This document shows, in pieces, positions 30,311 through 39,998 of a DNA stretch of 64,000 nucleotides. The DNA lies in the NCBI GenBank assembly GCA_964627245.1, contig CAZVGS010000003.1, positions 47,551 to 111,550 of the forward strand, read 5' to 3'. The first letter of the stretch is position 1. Each line of letters starts with the position of its first letter. This DNA comes from an uncultured Gammaproteobacteria bacterium (GTDB taxonomy: Bacteria > Patescibacteriota > Microgenomatia > Levybacterales > GWA1-39-11). Made by a program: the position numbers and the translations under genes. The notes beneath the pieces were generated by a model. That model did not search any database and was not told the DNA's origin. It worked only from the letters and a program-made list of their open reading frames with translations.

Positions 30311-31681
30311 TTATTTATTATTAATATTTTGCAGTCTTTCCAAAAGATACTTACGGGTATTTTTGGAAAGATCTTCATCGACCTCCTTAAAAAGAACACT
30401 TAGAATTTCTCCAACTCTTTTTCCAGGAGGTATATTTAATTCTTTCATAACATCATTTCCGTCAATAGCCAAATCGTTTGTTGAAAAGGGGGGATTTAAT
30501 TGTTCTTCGAGTCTTTCTTTGAATTTTTTTAGCCTCCAGCTTTCTGCTGTTTGAGTTCCTCCGCCAAGCCTGTCGCCAATCCGAAGATCTATCATGTCCT
30601 TAACATTATCTAGGCCAACCCGTCTAATAAATCTTCTAACAGCGCTATCCGTAATGTTTTCATCAACAGTGAACATATGCCAGCGAATTAATGTATAGAT
30701 TTTTTCTTTTTGTTTGTTGGACAGACGAAGCCTTTCTGAAATATCTTTTGATATTTTTGCACCAACTACTTCGTGATTATAAAAAATAATGTAGCCGTCA
30801 TTGTCTTTTGAGGCAACATCAGGTTTTCCTACATCATGTAGTAAAGCTGCGAGCTTGACAACCGGATCCTTTGTTGGGCATTCTTTCAGTGATAATATAT
30901 TATGAGTAAAAACATCAGTTGTATGATGCCTCCCAGGTCTCATTTGAGAAATTCCTTTTCCTCTTGAAAGTTCTGGAAAAATAAAATCCAATATTCCTAT
31001 TTCATCAAGAAGACATATTCCCTTATATGCATTGTCTGTCTCAAGTATCTTAAGCAGTTCATCCCTTATTCGTTCAAATGAAACGTGCGAAATTAGGTTA
31101 TAATCCTTTTTAATTGCATTTAAAGTGTTTTTTTCAATTAAGAAGTTTAACTGGGCGCAGAACCTAACTGCCCTCATAAGTCTTAAAGCGTCTTCTTTAA
31201 ATCTTTCGTCGGGGTTGCCGACAGTTCTTATAATTTTATTCTTCAAATCTTCCCGTCCGTTTACTAAATCAATAATTTTGATGTTGTTGTCTACCAACTC
31301 AAATGCCAAAGCATTGACTGTAAAGTCCCGTCGCGCTAAGTCTTCTTCAAGAGTTTTTCCCCATTCAACCTCGTCCGGATGCCTATGATCACTAGTGCCT
31401 TTTTCTGTTCTGAATGTGGTTATCTCAACAATACCCTTTTCCGAATATTGAATTTTCTCAACGATTTTAACGCCTACTGTACCAAAAGAATTATCGTAAA
31501 AAGAATCAGGGAAGACTTCCTGAATTTTCTCAGGTGTTGCGTTGGTGGTAAGATCCCAGTCTTTCACCGGAAGGTCCATGAGTAGATTTCTCACACACCC
31601 ACCCACAAAATAAACTTCAAAGCCTGCCTCTTTTAACTTGCTATATATAGAAATTATTTCAGGATTTATTTTATCGAGCAT
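30311..31681 (-). CDS. cca: CCA-adding tRNA nucleotidyltransferase / poly(A) polymerase family with HD domain
   Basis: PolyA_pol head domain motif YFVGGCVRNLLMDLPVKDWDLTT, and the HD motif LLHDVGKP. Confidence 0.85.
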   Translation of the reverse strand: MLDKINPEIISIYSKLKEAGFEVYFVGGCVRNLLMDLPVKDWDLTTNATPEKIQEVFPDSFYDNSFGTVGVKIVEKIQYSEKGIVEITTFRTEKGTSDHRHPDEVEWGKTLEEDLARRDFTVNALAFELVDNNIKIIDLVNGREDLKNKIIRTVGNPDERFKEDALRLMRAVRFCAQLNFLIEKNTLNAIKKDYNLISHVSFERIRDELLKILETDNAYKGICLLDEIGILDFIFPELSRGKGISQMRPGRHHTTDVFTHNILSLKECPTKDPVVKLAALLHDVGKPDVASKDNDGYIIFYNHEVVGAKISKDISERLRLSNKQKEKIYTLIRWHMFTVDENITDSAVRRFIRRVGLDNVKDMIDLRIGDRLGGGTQTAESWRLKKFKERLEEQLNPPFSTNDLAIDGNDVMKELNIPPGKRVGEILSVLFKEVDEDLSKNTRKYLLERLQNINNK

Positions 31682-31717
31682 GTGTTATTATGGATTGATT
31701 GTTAAGTTGAGTATATC

Positions 31718-33370
31718 ATGAAAAAGTGGAGAATAATCAGCATTCAAAGTCAAAAAGTACCAAAAGAAATTAAAACTGTAGAGAAAATTCTTCTTAAGAA
31801 TAGAGGTTTTGATAAAGACGAAGAAGTAAGAGATTTTTTTAACCCTGATATCTCTGATCTAAATATTATTAATGCCGGCATCGACAAAAAGGAATTTCAA
31901 AAATTCAAGAAACGATTACAATCGGCATTTAACAATAATGAAAAAATAATAATTTTTGGAGATTTTGATGTTGATGGAATATGTGCATCAGCAATTCTTT
32001 GGGAGGCCATATATAAATCTTACAAAAATATTTTTCCATACATTCCGGATAGAATAGAAGAGGGGTACGGCTTATCCGAAAAAGGAATTGATAAAGTGTT
32101 GGAAATTCATCCTGACACGAAGGTTATAATAACTGTTGACAATGGTATTGTTGCGTTCAAGGCGGTTGATTACGCAAATTCTAAGGGCATTGATGTAGTT
32201 GTAACAGACCACCATGTTAAGGAAAAAAAACTACCAAAAGCATCTATTATACTTCACACGACAAAACTTTGCGGTGCAGGAATTGCTTGGGTAATTATTA
32301 ATAAATTAGGTTATCTATCTGATGGGAAAATCCACGAATTGTTAGAGCTTGCATGTCTTGCGACGGTTGCTGATCTTGTTCCGTTGACCTATTACAATAG
32401 GGCTATTGTAAGTGAAGGTATAACTTTATTAAGAAAAACGGAAAGGATCGGGTTGATGCAATTGATTTACGAAGCCGGAATTGATCCATCCAAAATCACA
32501 ACGTACTCAATAAGTCACATTATTGCTCCGAGGCTTAATGCATCGGGAAGAATACAGAGCGCGATGAATGCTCTTAGACTGCTTTGCACTAATGACAGAA
32601 ATAAAGCAGAAGAGCTGTCCCTAATGCTTTCTAAGCTTAATAAAAACAGGCAGGAATTAACAGAGGAGTCAGTAAGTCACGCCAAGCTTTTGGCAATAGG
32701 AAAAAAAGAAGAAGTGATAATTGTTGCGAGTAAGAAATATAGTCAGGGTGTAATTGGCCTTATTGCATCAAATCTTGTTGAAGCTTATTACAAGCCTGTG
32801 TTGGCAATATCTTTGGATGAGCCTATTTCTAAAGGCTCTGCACGATCAATAAGGGGCATTAATATTATCGAGCTTATCAGATCGACTGGTGAAGTGTTGG
32901 AAAATGCCGGGGGTCATCCGATGGCAGCAGGATTTAGTGTAAGAACTGAATTAATTGAAGAATTTTCAAAAAGAATTATTAAGAATTCTAAAAAGTATAT
33001 AACCAAGGACACGCTTGAAAGATATTTGGATATTGATTGCATGCTTTCTTTCGAATTGATTAATCCGGATTTAATAAAAACGTTAAATAAATTTGAACCC
33101 TTTGGTATGGGTAACCCTCAGCCTGTATTTGCAACAAGAAATGTTAGTGTTTTGGAATGCAGAAAAATTGGCAAGGATCAAAATCACCTTAAGTTAAAAG
33201 TTGAAAGTGAAGGGAGTATTATTGACGCTGTAGCATTCGGTTTTGGTGACAAAGTTGAGTTTAATGAGGGTGATAAAATAGATATAGCGTATGCGGTCGG
33301 TGAAAATGAATGGAATGGGAAAATTTCAATTCAGTTAAGGATAAAAGATATAGTATCTAACCAGTTGTAG
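31718..33370 (+). CDS. recJ: single-stranded-DNA-specific exonuclease RecJ
   Basis: DHH family motifs IIIFGDFDVDGICASAIL and VVVTDHH, the DHHA1 motif GGHPMAAG, and a C-terminal OB-like domain. Confidence 0.9.
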   Translation: MKKWRIISIQSQKVPKEIKTVEKILLKNRGFDKDEEVRDFFNPDISDLNIINAGIDKKEFQKFKKRLQSAFNNNEKIIIFGDFDVDGICASAILWEAIYKSYKNIFPYIPDRIEEGYGLSEKGIDKVLEIHPDTKVIITVDNGIVAFKAVDYANSKGIDVVVTDHHVKEKKLPKASIILHTTKLCGAGIAWVIINKLGYLSDGKIHELLELACLATVADLVPLTYYNRAIVSEGITLLRKTERIGLMQLIYEAGIDPSKITTYSISHIIAPRLNASGRIQSAMNALRLLCTNDRNKAEELSLMLSKLNKNRQELTEESVSHAKLLAIGKKEEVIIVASKKYSQGVIGLIASNLVEAYYKPVLAISLDEPISKGSARSIRGINIIELIRSTGEVLENAGGHPMAAGFSVRTELIEEFSKRIIKNSKKYITKDTLERYLDIDCMLSFELINPDLIKTLNKFEPFGMGNPQPVFATRNVSVLECRKIGKDQNHLKLKVESEGSIIDAVAFGFGDKVEFNEGDKIDIAYAVGENEWNGKISIQLRIKDIVSNQL

Positions 33371-33659
33371 TTGTTTTGACAAGTTCTTCAGAATCAGTCT
33401 TTGAGTTTGGATTTTGGATAATATTAGAATTTAGAGTTTCTTTCCACTTAGCGATTTTAATTTTTACCCTTTCATCTTCGGCTTTTTGTTGTAGATGAAT
33501 GTCCCTAGTTTTGTTGTTTTTAGCAATCACAGCGAGTATGGCATCGCGTTGTTTTTCAGTATTAAATTTATCTATATCCCGTTGTAAGCCCTTTACGCTC
33601 ATTTGGTCTTCTGACATGGGCTTGTCTACAGCTTCAACAAAATCGGGAGAGTCATTCAT
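33357..33659 (-). CDS. hypothetical charged protein
   Basis: 100-aa ORF downstream of, and co-oriented with, the 96-aa ORF. Its 3-prime end overlaps the recJ end by 14 nt. No domain recognised. Confidence 0.4.
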   Translation of the reverse strand: MNDSPDFVEAVDKPMSEDQMSVKGLQRDIDKFNTEKQRDAILAVIAKNNKTRDIHLQQKAEDERVKIKIAKWKETLNSNIIQNPNSKTDSEELVKTTTTG

Positions 33660-33693
33660 GATAATAATCTAACATAAAAAAGCCATTTTTTCA

Positions 33694-33984
33694 TTAATCC
33701 AGAAAAGCAATGGGTTGATCCCCAACATCATTGACAAGATCAGGTATGTGTGCTGGTTTATCAGGTGTTAGGCTAAAACCGGTCTGTTTTCCTTCATGTG
33801 ATCTTTCAGCCATTGATTTTCTAAGTCTTTCAAGTACCCTTATATTGTCATGGTGAGGAACAATCTTCATAGGGTTATCCCAATCCCCATCTGCGTACAG
33901 GAAAGGCTTTCCAGTAAGCCGAGCGCATTCTGAGAGTTCTGCGACTCTATCTTCTGGTGTAGGTTTTTTGTATAAATTCTCCAT
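33694..33984 (-). CDS. hypothetical protein
   Basis: 96-aa ORF with a coding-like composition. It is preceded on its own strand by a hairpin-U9 terminator and a candidate leader peptide (see the 33993..34101 feature). Confidence 0.45.
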   Translation of the reverse strand: MENLYKKPTPEDRVAELSECARLTGKPFLYADGDWDNPMKIVPHHDNIRVLERLRKSMAERSHEGKQTGFSLTPDKPAHIPDLVNDVGDQPIAFLD

Positions 33985-33992
33985 ATTTTTCC

Positions 33993-34101
33993 AAAAAAAA
34001 ACTCCCTCAGTGAGGGAGTCAGCGCCAAATCGGCAACAAACTCCCTAGGGCGTAATGCCCTTGAGAGAATTTCTAAAACTGGCGACGTGTGTTTTTTTCA
34101 T
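33993..34101 (-). promoter_or_regulatory. candidate transcription attenuator: leader peptide ORF (MKKTHVASFRNSLKGITP-stop) followed by mutually exclusive antiterminator and terminator hairpins and a U9 tract
   Basis: On the minus strand the leader ORF runs from AUG 34101 to UAG 34045. The upstream element AGGGAGU at about 34036-34042 can pair with ACUCCCU in the 5-prime arm of the terminator hairpin (CUCCCUC-agu-GAGGGAG, 34002-34018). U9 occupies 33993-34001, and the start codon of the 96-aa gene lies 8 nt further downstream at 33984. Confidence 0.35.
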
Positions 34102-34182
34102 AATCCAAAAATTATTATAGTTATATATTTTCATGCTGTCAATACACTATTTTGAAGCAAAATATGATATGATACAGCTATT

Positions 34183-35538
34183 ATGCAAAACCGTGTTCTG
34201 ACTAGTGAGGTCGTCAACAAAGTTGGTGAAACAGTAGTTATTTGTGGGTGGATTGAGAGAGTGAGAAGTCATGGGAAAATAGCATTTTTTGACATCAGGG
34301 ACCGGGGTGGAGTCCTTCAGGTTGTAGCAGCAACCCCAGAGGTAGTTGCGTCTGTCGAAGAACTTTCAGTTCAAAGTGTTGTAACTATCACAGGAATTGT
34401 CAAAGAGCGGGGTGAGCGGTACGTAAATCCTAATATCCCGCTTGGATCTGTAGAAGTAGAATTGACTAAAGCTGTTGAGATCATCTCAAAAGCTGAGGAG
34501 ATGCCTTTTGATATGGGTGGAACTGAGTTAAATCTACAGCTACCTACACTTCTTGATTTTAGGGCATTGTCTTTGAGGCATCAGCAGATCACTCCAATTT
34601 TTAAGGTCCAAGAAACGGTAATAGATACTTTCAGAAAGGCATTAAAAGCACGTGATTTTACAGAATTTCAAGCACCAGTAATAATCCCCCAAACAGCAGA
34701 AGGAGGATCGGAAGTTTTTGAAGTAAAATATTTTGATCATAAGGCTTATCTTGCTCAAAGTCCACAATTCTACAAACAGATATTGGTGGGAGTTTATGAA
34801 AGGGTTTTTGCAGTGAATAAGACGCTCAGAGCCGAACCCTCTGTTACGACAAGGCATCTTACCGAAGTAACCACACTTGATGCTGAGTTTGGTTTTATAA
34901 ATTCATGGGAAGATGTTATGGAAATGGCTCAGTATGTAATTACAGAAATACTAAATGCAGTTGAAGATCAACAGAAAGATGTTCTCGAGATGTATAAAAC
35001 AACAATACCCAAAGTCGGAAATCCTATTCCAAGAGTTAAGTTGAGAGATGCACAGCAAATAATTGCAAAACGTATTGGTAAGGATGTTTCTGACGAACCT
35101 GATCTTTCACCAGAGGATGAAAAGGAGATTTGCAAGTGGGCGCTTGCGGAAAAGGGTAGTGATCTAGTTTTTGTAACACATTATCCTGTAAGTAAAAGGC
35201 CTTTTTATACATATGAAGACCCAGAGGATCCTGGATATACGCTTAGCTTTGATCTGATTGGACGGGGGACTGAATGGTTAACCGGTGGGCAACGCATTAA
35301 TGACTATGAAAAACTGGTCACTGCGGCAAAAGGTAGGGGGATTGATCTCGCGAAAAGCGAGCTTTATCTTCAAGCATTTCGATACGGTATGCCTCCGGAG
35401 GGTGGGTTTTCCTTTGGATCTGAACGAATTGTCATGCATATTTTAGGACTAGCAAATGTACGTGAAGCCTCTCTTTTTCCAAGAGATATGGAGCGAATAG
35501 ATGAAAGACTCTCAATCCTCAAAAAAGAAAAAGAATAA
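34183..35538 (+). CDS. aspS: aspartate--tRNA ligase, archaeal/eukaryal-type (short class IIb)
   Basis: N-terminal OB-fold, class II motifs, and the QSPQ signature (AYLAQSPQFYKQ). The 451-aa size matches the archaeal-type, likely non-discriminating enzyme. Confidence 0.85.
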   Translation: MQNRVLTSEVVNKVGETVVICGWIERVRSHGKIAFFDIRDRGGVLQVVAATPEVVASVEELSVQSVVTITGIVKERGERYVNPNIPLGSVEVELTKAVEIISKAEEMPFDMGGTELNLQLPTLLDFRALSLRHQQITPIFKVQETVIDTFRKALKARDFTEFQAPVIIPQTAEGGSEVFEVKYFDHKAYLAQSPQFYKQILVGVYERVFAVNKTLRAEPSVTTRHLTEVTTLDAEFGFINSWEDVMEMAQYVITEILNAVEDQQKDVLEMYKTTIPKVGNPIPRVKLRDAQQIIAKRIGKDVSDEPDLSPEDEKEICKWALAEKGSDLVFVTHYPVSKRPFYTYEDPEDPGYTLSFDLIGRGTEWLTGGQRINDYEKLVTAAKGRGIDLAKSELYLQAFRYGMPPEGGFSFGSERIVMHILGLANVREASLFPRDMERIDERLSILKKEKE

Positions 35539-36460
35539 TTTTTCAAGAATTCATTTTTTTGATACTGTAATTATTCTCGGAATACTAAATGTGGCACTTT
35601 TTACAGTAGGCATATTCACGTTTGGCGCAATTAAGTCGTTTGAGCTTCCTGCAATATCGAGCAAATCGCTTCCGGTAAGTTCAATTCCTCTTCCGTCAGA
35701 TCTTGAAGGTATTAATGCATCCGCTGCGGCTTATGTGGTTTTTGATTCAAAATCCCGAACAGTTATCGCAGGAAAAAACAAAGATTTGAGGTTTTCACCT
35801 GCTTCAACTGCGAAAGTAATGAGTGCTCTTTTAATTCTTTCTCACTACAATCTAGATGATTATTTAGTTGTGCCTTCAAATATATACGAGGTTGAGGGTT
35901 CTAAGATGAAATTAATACCCGGAGAGGAGATTAAAGTCATAGATCTTCTTTATGGAATGATGCTTCCTTCGGGAAATGATGCTGCCCATACATTTGCGTA
36001 TCATTATAAAGGGGGAGTTGAGAATTTTGTTAAGGATATGAATAAAAAGGCAAGAGAATTAAAACTATTCAATACGCATTTCAAGGACCCCTCAGGATAT
36101 GGGGATGGAAATTATACAACGGCAGAAGATCTTTCGAGACTTGGTGCAATTGCGATGGAAAATCCTGATCTTTCAAGAATAGTCAAAACCAGATATCATG
36201 AAGCTTATAACCGTACATTTACTCACGCTTTCTATCTTGAGAACCTAAATGAGCTTTTAGTTTACGATAATGTATTAGGTATAAAAACCGGATTCACAAA
36301 TGAAGCAGGCGGAGTACTTTTAACAGCCATTCAAAAAGGAGATTCAATATTTATTGTATGTGTTTTGAAGAGCAATGATAGATTTTATGATACTAGAGAT
36401 TTGATGAATTTTATCATGGAGAAAGTCAATTTTGCACTTCCTGCACAGGATTTTCATTAA
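35501..36460 (+). CDS. dacA: D-alanyl-D-alanine carboxypeptidase (peptidase S11, PBP5/6-like)
   Basis: SxxK motif ASTAK, SxN motif PSGND, KTG motif KTGFT. N-terminal TM anchor. Confidence 0.85.
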   Translation: MKDSQSSKKKKNNFSRIHFFDTVIILGILNVALFTVGIFTFGAIKSFELPAISSKSLPVSSIPLPSDLEGINASAAAYVVFDSKSRTVIAGKNKDLRFSPASTAKVMSALLILSHYNLDDYLVVPSNIYEVEGSKMKLIPGEEIKVIDLLYGMMLPSGNDAAHTFAYHYKGGVENFVKDMNKKARELKLFNTHFKDPSGYGDGNYTTAEDLSRLGAIAMENPDLSRIVKTRYHEAYNRTFTHAFYLENLNELLVYDNVLGIKTGFTNEAGGVLLTAIQKGDSIFIVCVLKSNDRFYDTRDLMNFIMEKVNFALPAQDFH

Positions 36461-37493
36461 TTCCTATAGACGATTCGGGAAGAGCTTCAACATAAGCCGT
36501 GAAATTGATACCGGTGAAAACGAACACTGGAAGTAAAAAGCCCTGATTTTCCTTAGTCAGGTAATATTTTAGATCCACATTTGTAATGTCAACATCTGTT
36601 AAATTTTGTGGGTTAATTGTGTAAGCTTTGCCTAACTTTAAATCCTCAAGAGCTTCCTCGGAAGTTTTTATCGGATAATCACTGCTTTCCTCAAGATTGG
36701 CTTCGTGATTATAGAATATTCCTTCAAGAACAGTGAAGCGCGAGCCAGGATAGCTTACAATGAAAGTTGAAAGAGACTTTTCCGGTACGCCGTAAACTGT
36801 TTCTATCTCATCAATGAGTATCTGGGGGATAGTTACTCTGGCAAGTCTTGCAAGCCCGATGTTTTGTGCGCCGATTAATCCGCCATTTCGCAATTCAAGA
36901 AGTTCAATTTTCATATTTTTAAGATCGAGATTGTTTATGTTGGCTCCGATTGTCCTTAATAAACTTTCCATGTCAGATCTTATTGCATCTTCTGAAGGAA
37001 GAACCCCTGTTGATACAAGGCTGGGATTTATTAAATAGTTGGAAAATATTATGAAATTATGGTCAACTATATCGTACTCAATGGTAACTCCTGTTTTTGA
37101 CTGAGTCCACCTGTATAAGGTGTCGGTAATTTTAATTTGATTTTCAATAAAATTGGCTGAATCTAAAGTATTTTTTGCTTCATTTAAAGCTAGAAGACTG
37201 GGACTGCCCGATTTAGTTTTATAGATATTTACCCTATCGGGAAAAGCAGGCAAAAGACCGTCAACAGTATTTACAGTATAGTTAATTAAATTTGGATTGC
37301 TTTCCGGGAATATAATCCTTGGAAGTTGCCCGAATGCTTCCTCAGGTGGGGGAGGCGGTTTTGGAAAAAAAACTTCAGTAATTAAAGCTCCTCCTCTTAT
37401 AAAGATAAAAAGAATCATCAGAACTCCAAAAATAACTCCACCTACTTTTAAAAAAAGCCTTCCTTCACGAGTAACATTAACTAGAGTTGCCAT
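36426..37493 (-). CDS. hypothetical membrane-anchored extracytoplasmic protein
   Basis: 355 aa with N-terminal TM segment VGGVIFGVLMILFIFI, then a proline-rich stretch and a large soluble domain. No known domain. Confidence 0.5.
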   Translation of the reverse strand: MATLVNVTREGRLFLKVGGVIFGVLMILFIFIRGGALITEVFFPKPPPPPEEAFGQLPRIIFPESNPNLINYTVNTVDGLLPAFPDRVNIYKTKSGSPSLLALNEAKNTLDSANFIENQIKITDTLYRWTQSKTGVTIEYDIVDHNFIIFSNYLINPSLVSTGVLPSEDAIRSDMESLLRTIGANINNLDLKNMKIELLELRNGGLIGAQNIGLARLARVTIPQILIDEIETVYGVPEKSLSTFIVSYPGSRFTVLEGIFYNHEANLEESSDYPIKTSEEALEDLKLGKAYTINPQNLTDVDITNVDLKYYLTKENQGFLLPVFVFTGINFTAYVEALPESSIGINENPVQEVQN

Positions 37494-37508
37494 ATATAAG
37501 CTTCAATA

Positions 37509-37537
37509 TTGAGTATACGTAAATATTAGATTACAAT
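37509..37537 (+). promoter_or_regulatory. sigma70-like promoter TTGAGT-17nt-TACAAT directly abutting the gltX start (apparently leaderless mRNA)
   Basis: -35 at 37509-37514, a 17-nt spacer, then -10 at 37532-37537. The gltX ATG is at 37544, which leaves no room for a Shine-Dalgarno sequence. Confidence 0.4.
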
Positions 37538-37543
37538 GCAAAT

Positions 37544-38752
37544 ATGGTAATAGTGAGGTTTGCACCCAGTCCTACAGGAATACCGCACGTAGGAAATATA
37601 AGAACAGCGTTGTTTGATTATTTCTTTGCAAAGTCTCAAAATGGGAAGTTCATTTTAAGGCTTGAGGATACTGATCAGGCAAGAAAAGTCGAGGGTGCTG
37701 TTGAGGCAATTAAGGAGAGTCTTTTATGGCTAGGTGCTTCGTGGGATAATTTTGTGGTTCAGTCCGAAAGACTTGATGAATATAAGAAATATGCATTAGA
37801 GCTTGTTGATAAAGGGTTCGCAAAGAAAGACGGAGATGCAATAAGATTTATAACAGACAAAGTAAAAGGAAATGTGTCTTGGCATGATGCTGTTGGTCGA
37901 AAGGAAATAGTGTTTGAAGCAGAAAACGTTGAAGATTTTATCATTCTTAAGGCAGATGGATTTCCGACGTACCATTTAGCTAATGTAATAGATGACCATT
38001 TAATGGAAATTACGCACGTAATAAGAGGAGAAGATTGGATACCTTCTACTCCTAAGCATATTTTGTTGTATAAAGCATTTGAGTGGCAGGCGCCCATTTT
38101 TGCTCATGTTCCAAATGTAATGGGAACAGATGGAAAAAAACTATCAAAAAGAAGAGGAGCAAAGAGCGTTCTGGATTTTAAATCGGATGGATATTTACCC
38201 GAAGCTTTATTAAATTATCTTATGCTGCTTGGCTGGTCACCCAAAAATGATAAAGAAATTCTGACAAAAGAAGAAATAATTGAGTTTTTTTCCCTAGATA
38301 AAATCAATGTAGCACCCTCCATTTTTGATGAGAGAAAGCTTTTATGGATGAACGGAGAATATATCAGGGCTTTGCATGTCGAAGAACTGCTACAAAGAAT
38401 TATTGAATTCGACAACTCTTTTCAAAGTTTTGATCGTGCAGTTCTTCTGAAATACGTAAAAAGTGCACAGACGAGAATTAAAACATTGGCTGAATTTAAA
38501 ATTTATGTCTATCCATTCCTTCATCCTGTTGGGCACCAAAGTCTGCTACTAAGAAAGTATGGTAAGGCTCTTGAAAATTTAACAAATTGGAATAGTCCTA
38601 TGATATCCAATGCAACGATTTTATTTATGCAAGAGGAGAATATAAAGTATCCTCAGATATACAAAGACCTGATCGGGGTAAATCAAGGACTTCCGCTCGG
38701 TGATGTCTTTGAAATTTTAGGAAAAGAAAAAACCCTTCAACTATTGAAGTAG
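37544..38752 (+). CDS. gltX: glutamate--tRNA ligase (short form)
   Basis: VRFAPSPTGIPHVGNIRTALFDYFFAK...LRLEDTDQAR (HIGH-class motif as HVGN) and the KMSKS motif KLSKRRG. 402 aa, with a truncated anticodon-binding region. Confidence 0.85.
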   Translation: MVIVRFAPSPTGIPHVGNIRTALFDYFFAKSQNGKFILRLEDTDQARKVEGAVEAIKESLLWLGASWDNFVVQSERLDEYKKYALELVDKGFAKKDGDAIRFITDKVKGNVSWHDAVGRKEIVFEAENVEDFIILKADGFPTYHLANVIDDHLMEITHVIRGEDWIPSTPKHILLYKAFEWQAPIFAHVPNVMGTDGKKLSKRRGAKSVLDFKSDGYLPEALLNYLMLLGWSPKNDKEILTKEEIIEFFSLDKINVAPSIFDERKLLWMNGEYIRALHVEELLQRIIEFDNSFQSFDRAVLLKYVKSAQTRIKTLAEFKIYVYPFLHPVGHQSLLLRKYGKALENLTNWNSPMISNATILFMQEENIKYPQIYKDLIGVNQGLPLGDVFEILGKEKTLQLLK

Positions 38753-38779
38753 TAGCAGTAATCAATTATCCTTAAATAA

Positions 38780-39367
38780 GTGAAGAATTCAGCAAAGACA
38801 TCAGGTGTTATTTTCCATCCGGTTATTCTTTCATTGGCAGGAGTATTTTTAATTGTCAACACTTCAACAAATGATTTACAAAAAGCTTTTTATTGGACAG
38901 GCTTGTCTGCGATTTTTGCACTTATAATTGGTGTTTTTGTTGTGCTTGGCGTAAAGCAGGGATTTTTTAATAATTTGGATGTTTCTAATAGAAAGCAAAG
39001 AGTTATTCTTTACCCTTTTGCGATACTTGTTGTTATCTTTTTTGGTTTTTTTGTTTTTATATCAAGAGGACCATCGTCTCTTGTAGCAGCGAGTATAATT
39101 TTTATCGTGGCTCTCTTAGTGTTGGATCTTATAAATCATAAAATAAAAGCTAGCGTTCATGTTGCATCAGTTACATCATTTTGCACAGGGATACTATACC
39201 TTTACGGAATTAATTTCTTACCGGTTTTTGTTTTAGTTCCAATTGTTGCCATTGCTAGAATTGTTGAGAAAAGGCATACGGTAAAAGAAGTTATCGCCGG
39301 CGGTTTGAGCGGGTTTGGATTAACTATGCTTGGTATTTATGTTGTACAATTCATTTTAGGAACATGA
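38780..39367 (+). CDS. PAP2-superfamily-like membrane phosphatase
   Basis: Six TM helices. C-terminal KRHTVKEVIAGGLSG resembles PAP2 motif 3 (SR-x5-H-x3-D-x-x-G-x-x-x-G). Adjacent to dgkA. Confidence 0.5.
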   Translation: MKNSAKTSGVIFHPVILSLAGVFLIVNTSTNDLQKAFYWTGLSAIFALIIGVFVVLGVKQGFFNNLDVSNRKQRVILYPFAILVVIFFGFFVFISRGPSSLVAASIIFIVALLVLDLINHKIKASVHVASVTSFCTGILYLYGINFLPVFVLVPIVAIARIVEKRHTVKEVIAGGLSGFGLTMLGIYVVQFILGT

Positions 39368-39729
39368 ATATAAAGAAATTGGCTAAATCATTTACCTACG
39401 CATACGAGGGAATTAGGTTATCAGTAGCCTTAGATCAAAATGTAAGATTTCACTTAGTTGTAGGGACTTTCATCTTTGTGCTAAGTCTATTATTAAAGGT
39501 ACCAAAAAGCGAGTTGATGTTTGTCGTTTTTGCTATATTTTTCGTTGTTATTACTGAGATGATAAATACAGCAATTGAAGAGATGACAAATCTGATAAAA
39601 AGAGAACATAGTGAAGAAGCACGAATAGCAAAGGATGTTGCAGCAGGCGCAGTACTTCTGGCAGCAATATTTGCTTTAATAGTAGGAATTGTGGTTCTTG
39701 TTCCGAGAATTATCGCACTATTTTATTAA
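39364..39729 (+). CDS. dgkA: diacylglycerol kinase / undecaprenol kinase (prokaryotic DgkA family)
   Basis: 121 aa with three TM helices and motifs EMINTAIEE and KDVAAGAVLLAA. Confidence 0.85.
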   Translation: MNIKKLAKSFTYAYEGIRLSVALDQNVRFHLVVGTFIFVLSLLLKVPKSELMFVVFAIFFVVITEMINTAIEEMTNLIKREHSEEARIAKDVAAGAVLLAAIFALIVGIVVLVPRIIALFY

Positions 39730-39986
39730 TTTTTACTGCTTGTTTGTGAGTGACCGTGCGTTAATGCTAATATTTCAGAAAGTTTTTTAACGAATTTGTT
39801 TGCATGATCACGACTCATACCTACGCGTGCTACAACCTGGAGTTGCGTTGAATTACCAACTTTTTGGCATATATCAAGAGTTACTCCATCATCATTAACA
39901 TTCATAAAGACAGTATCGGTATAGAGGATATTAACTTTCTCAGGATTTAGATTTATTTGAAATTTATGATCTTCGTTTTTTGGCAT
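39726..39986 (-). CDS. DUF3467 family protein
   Basis: QINLNPEKVNILYTDTVFMNVNDDGVTLDICQKVGNSTQLQVVARVGMSRDHANKFVKKL matches the DUF3467 pattern (Q.I.I...YSN...I.HS..EF.LDF...VVSRV.MSP.HAK). Confidence 0.6.
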   Translation of the reverse strand: MPKNEDHKFQINLNPEKVNILYTDTVFMNVNDDGVTLDICQKVGNSTQLQVVARVGMSRDHANKFVKKLSEILALTHGHSQTSSKN

Positions 39987-39998
39987 TTAAATCACCAC

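Noticed and set aside
33985-34182. T-box riboswitch upstream of aspS (plus strand)
   Set aside because: No T-box consensus (AGGGUGGNACCGCG) and no specifier-loop architecture on the plus strand. The only strong hairpin plus U-tract reads on the minus strand.
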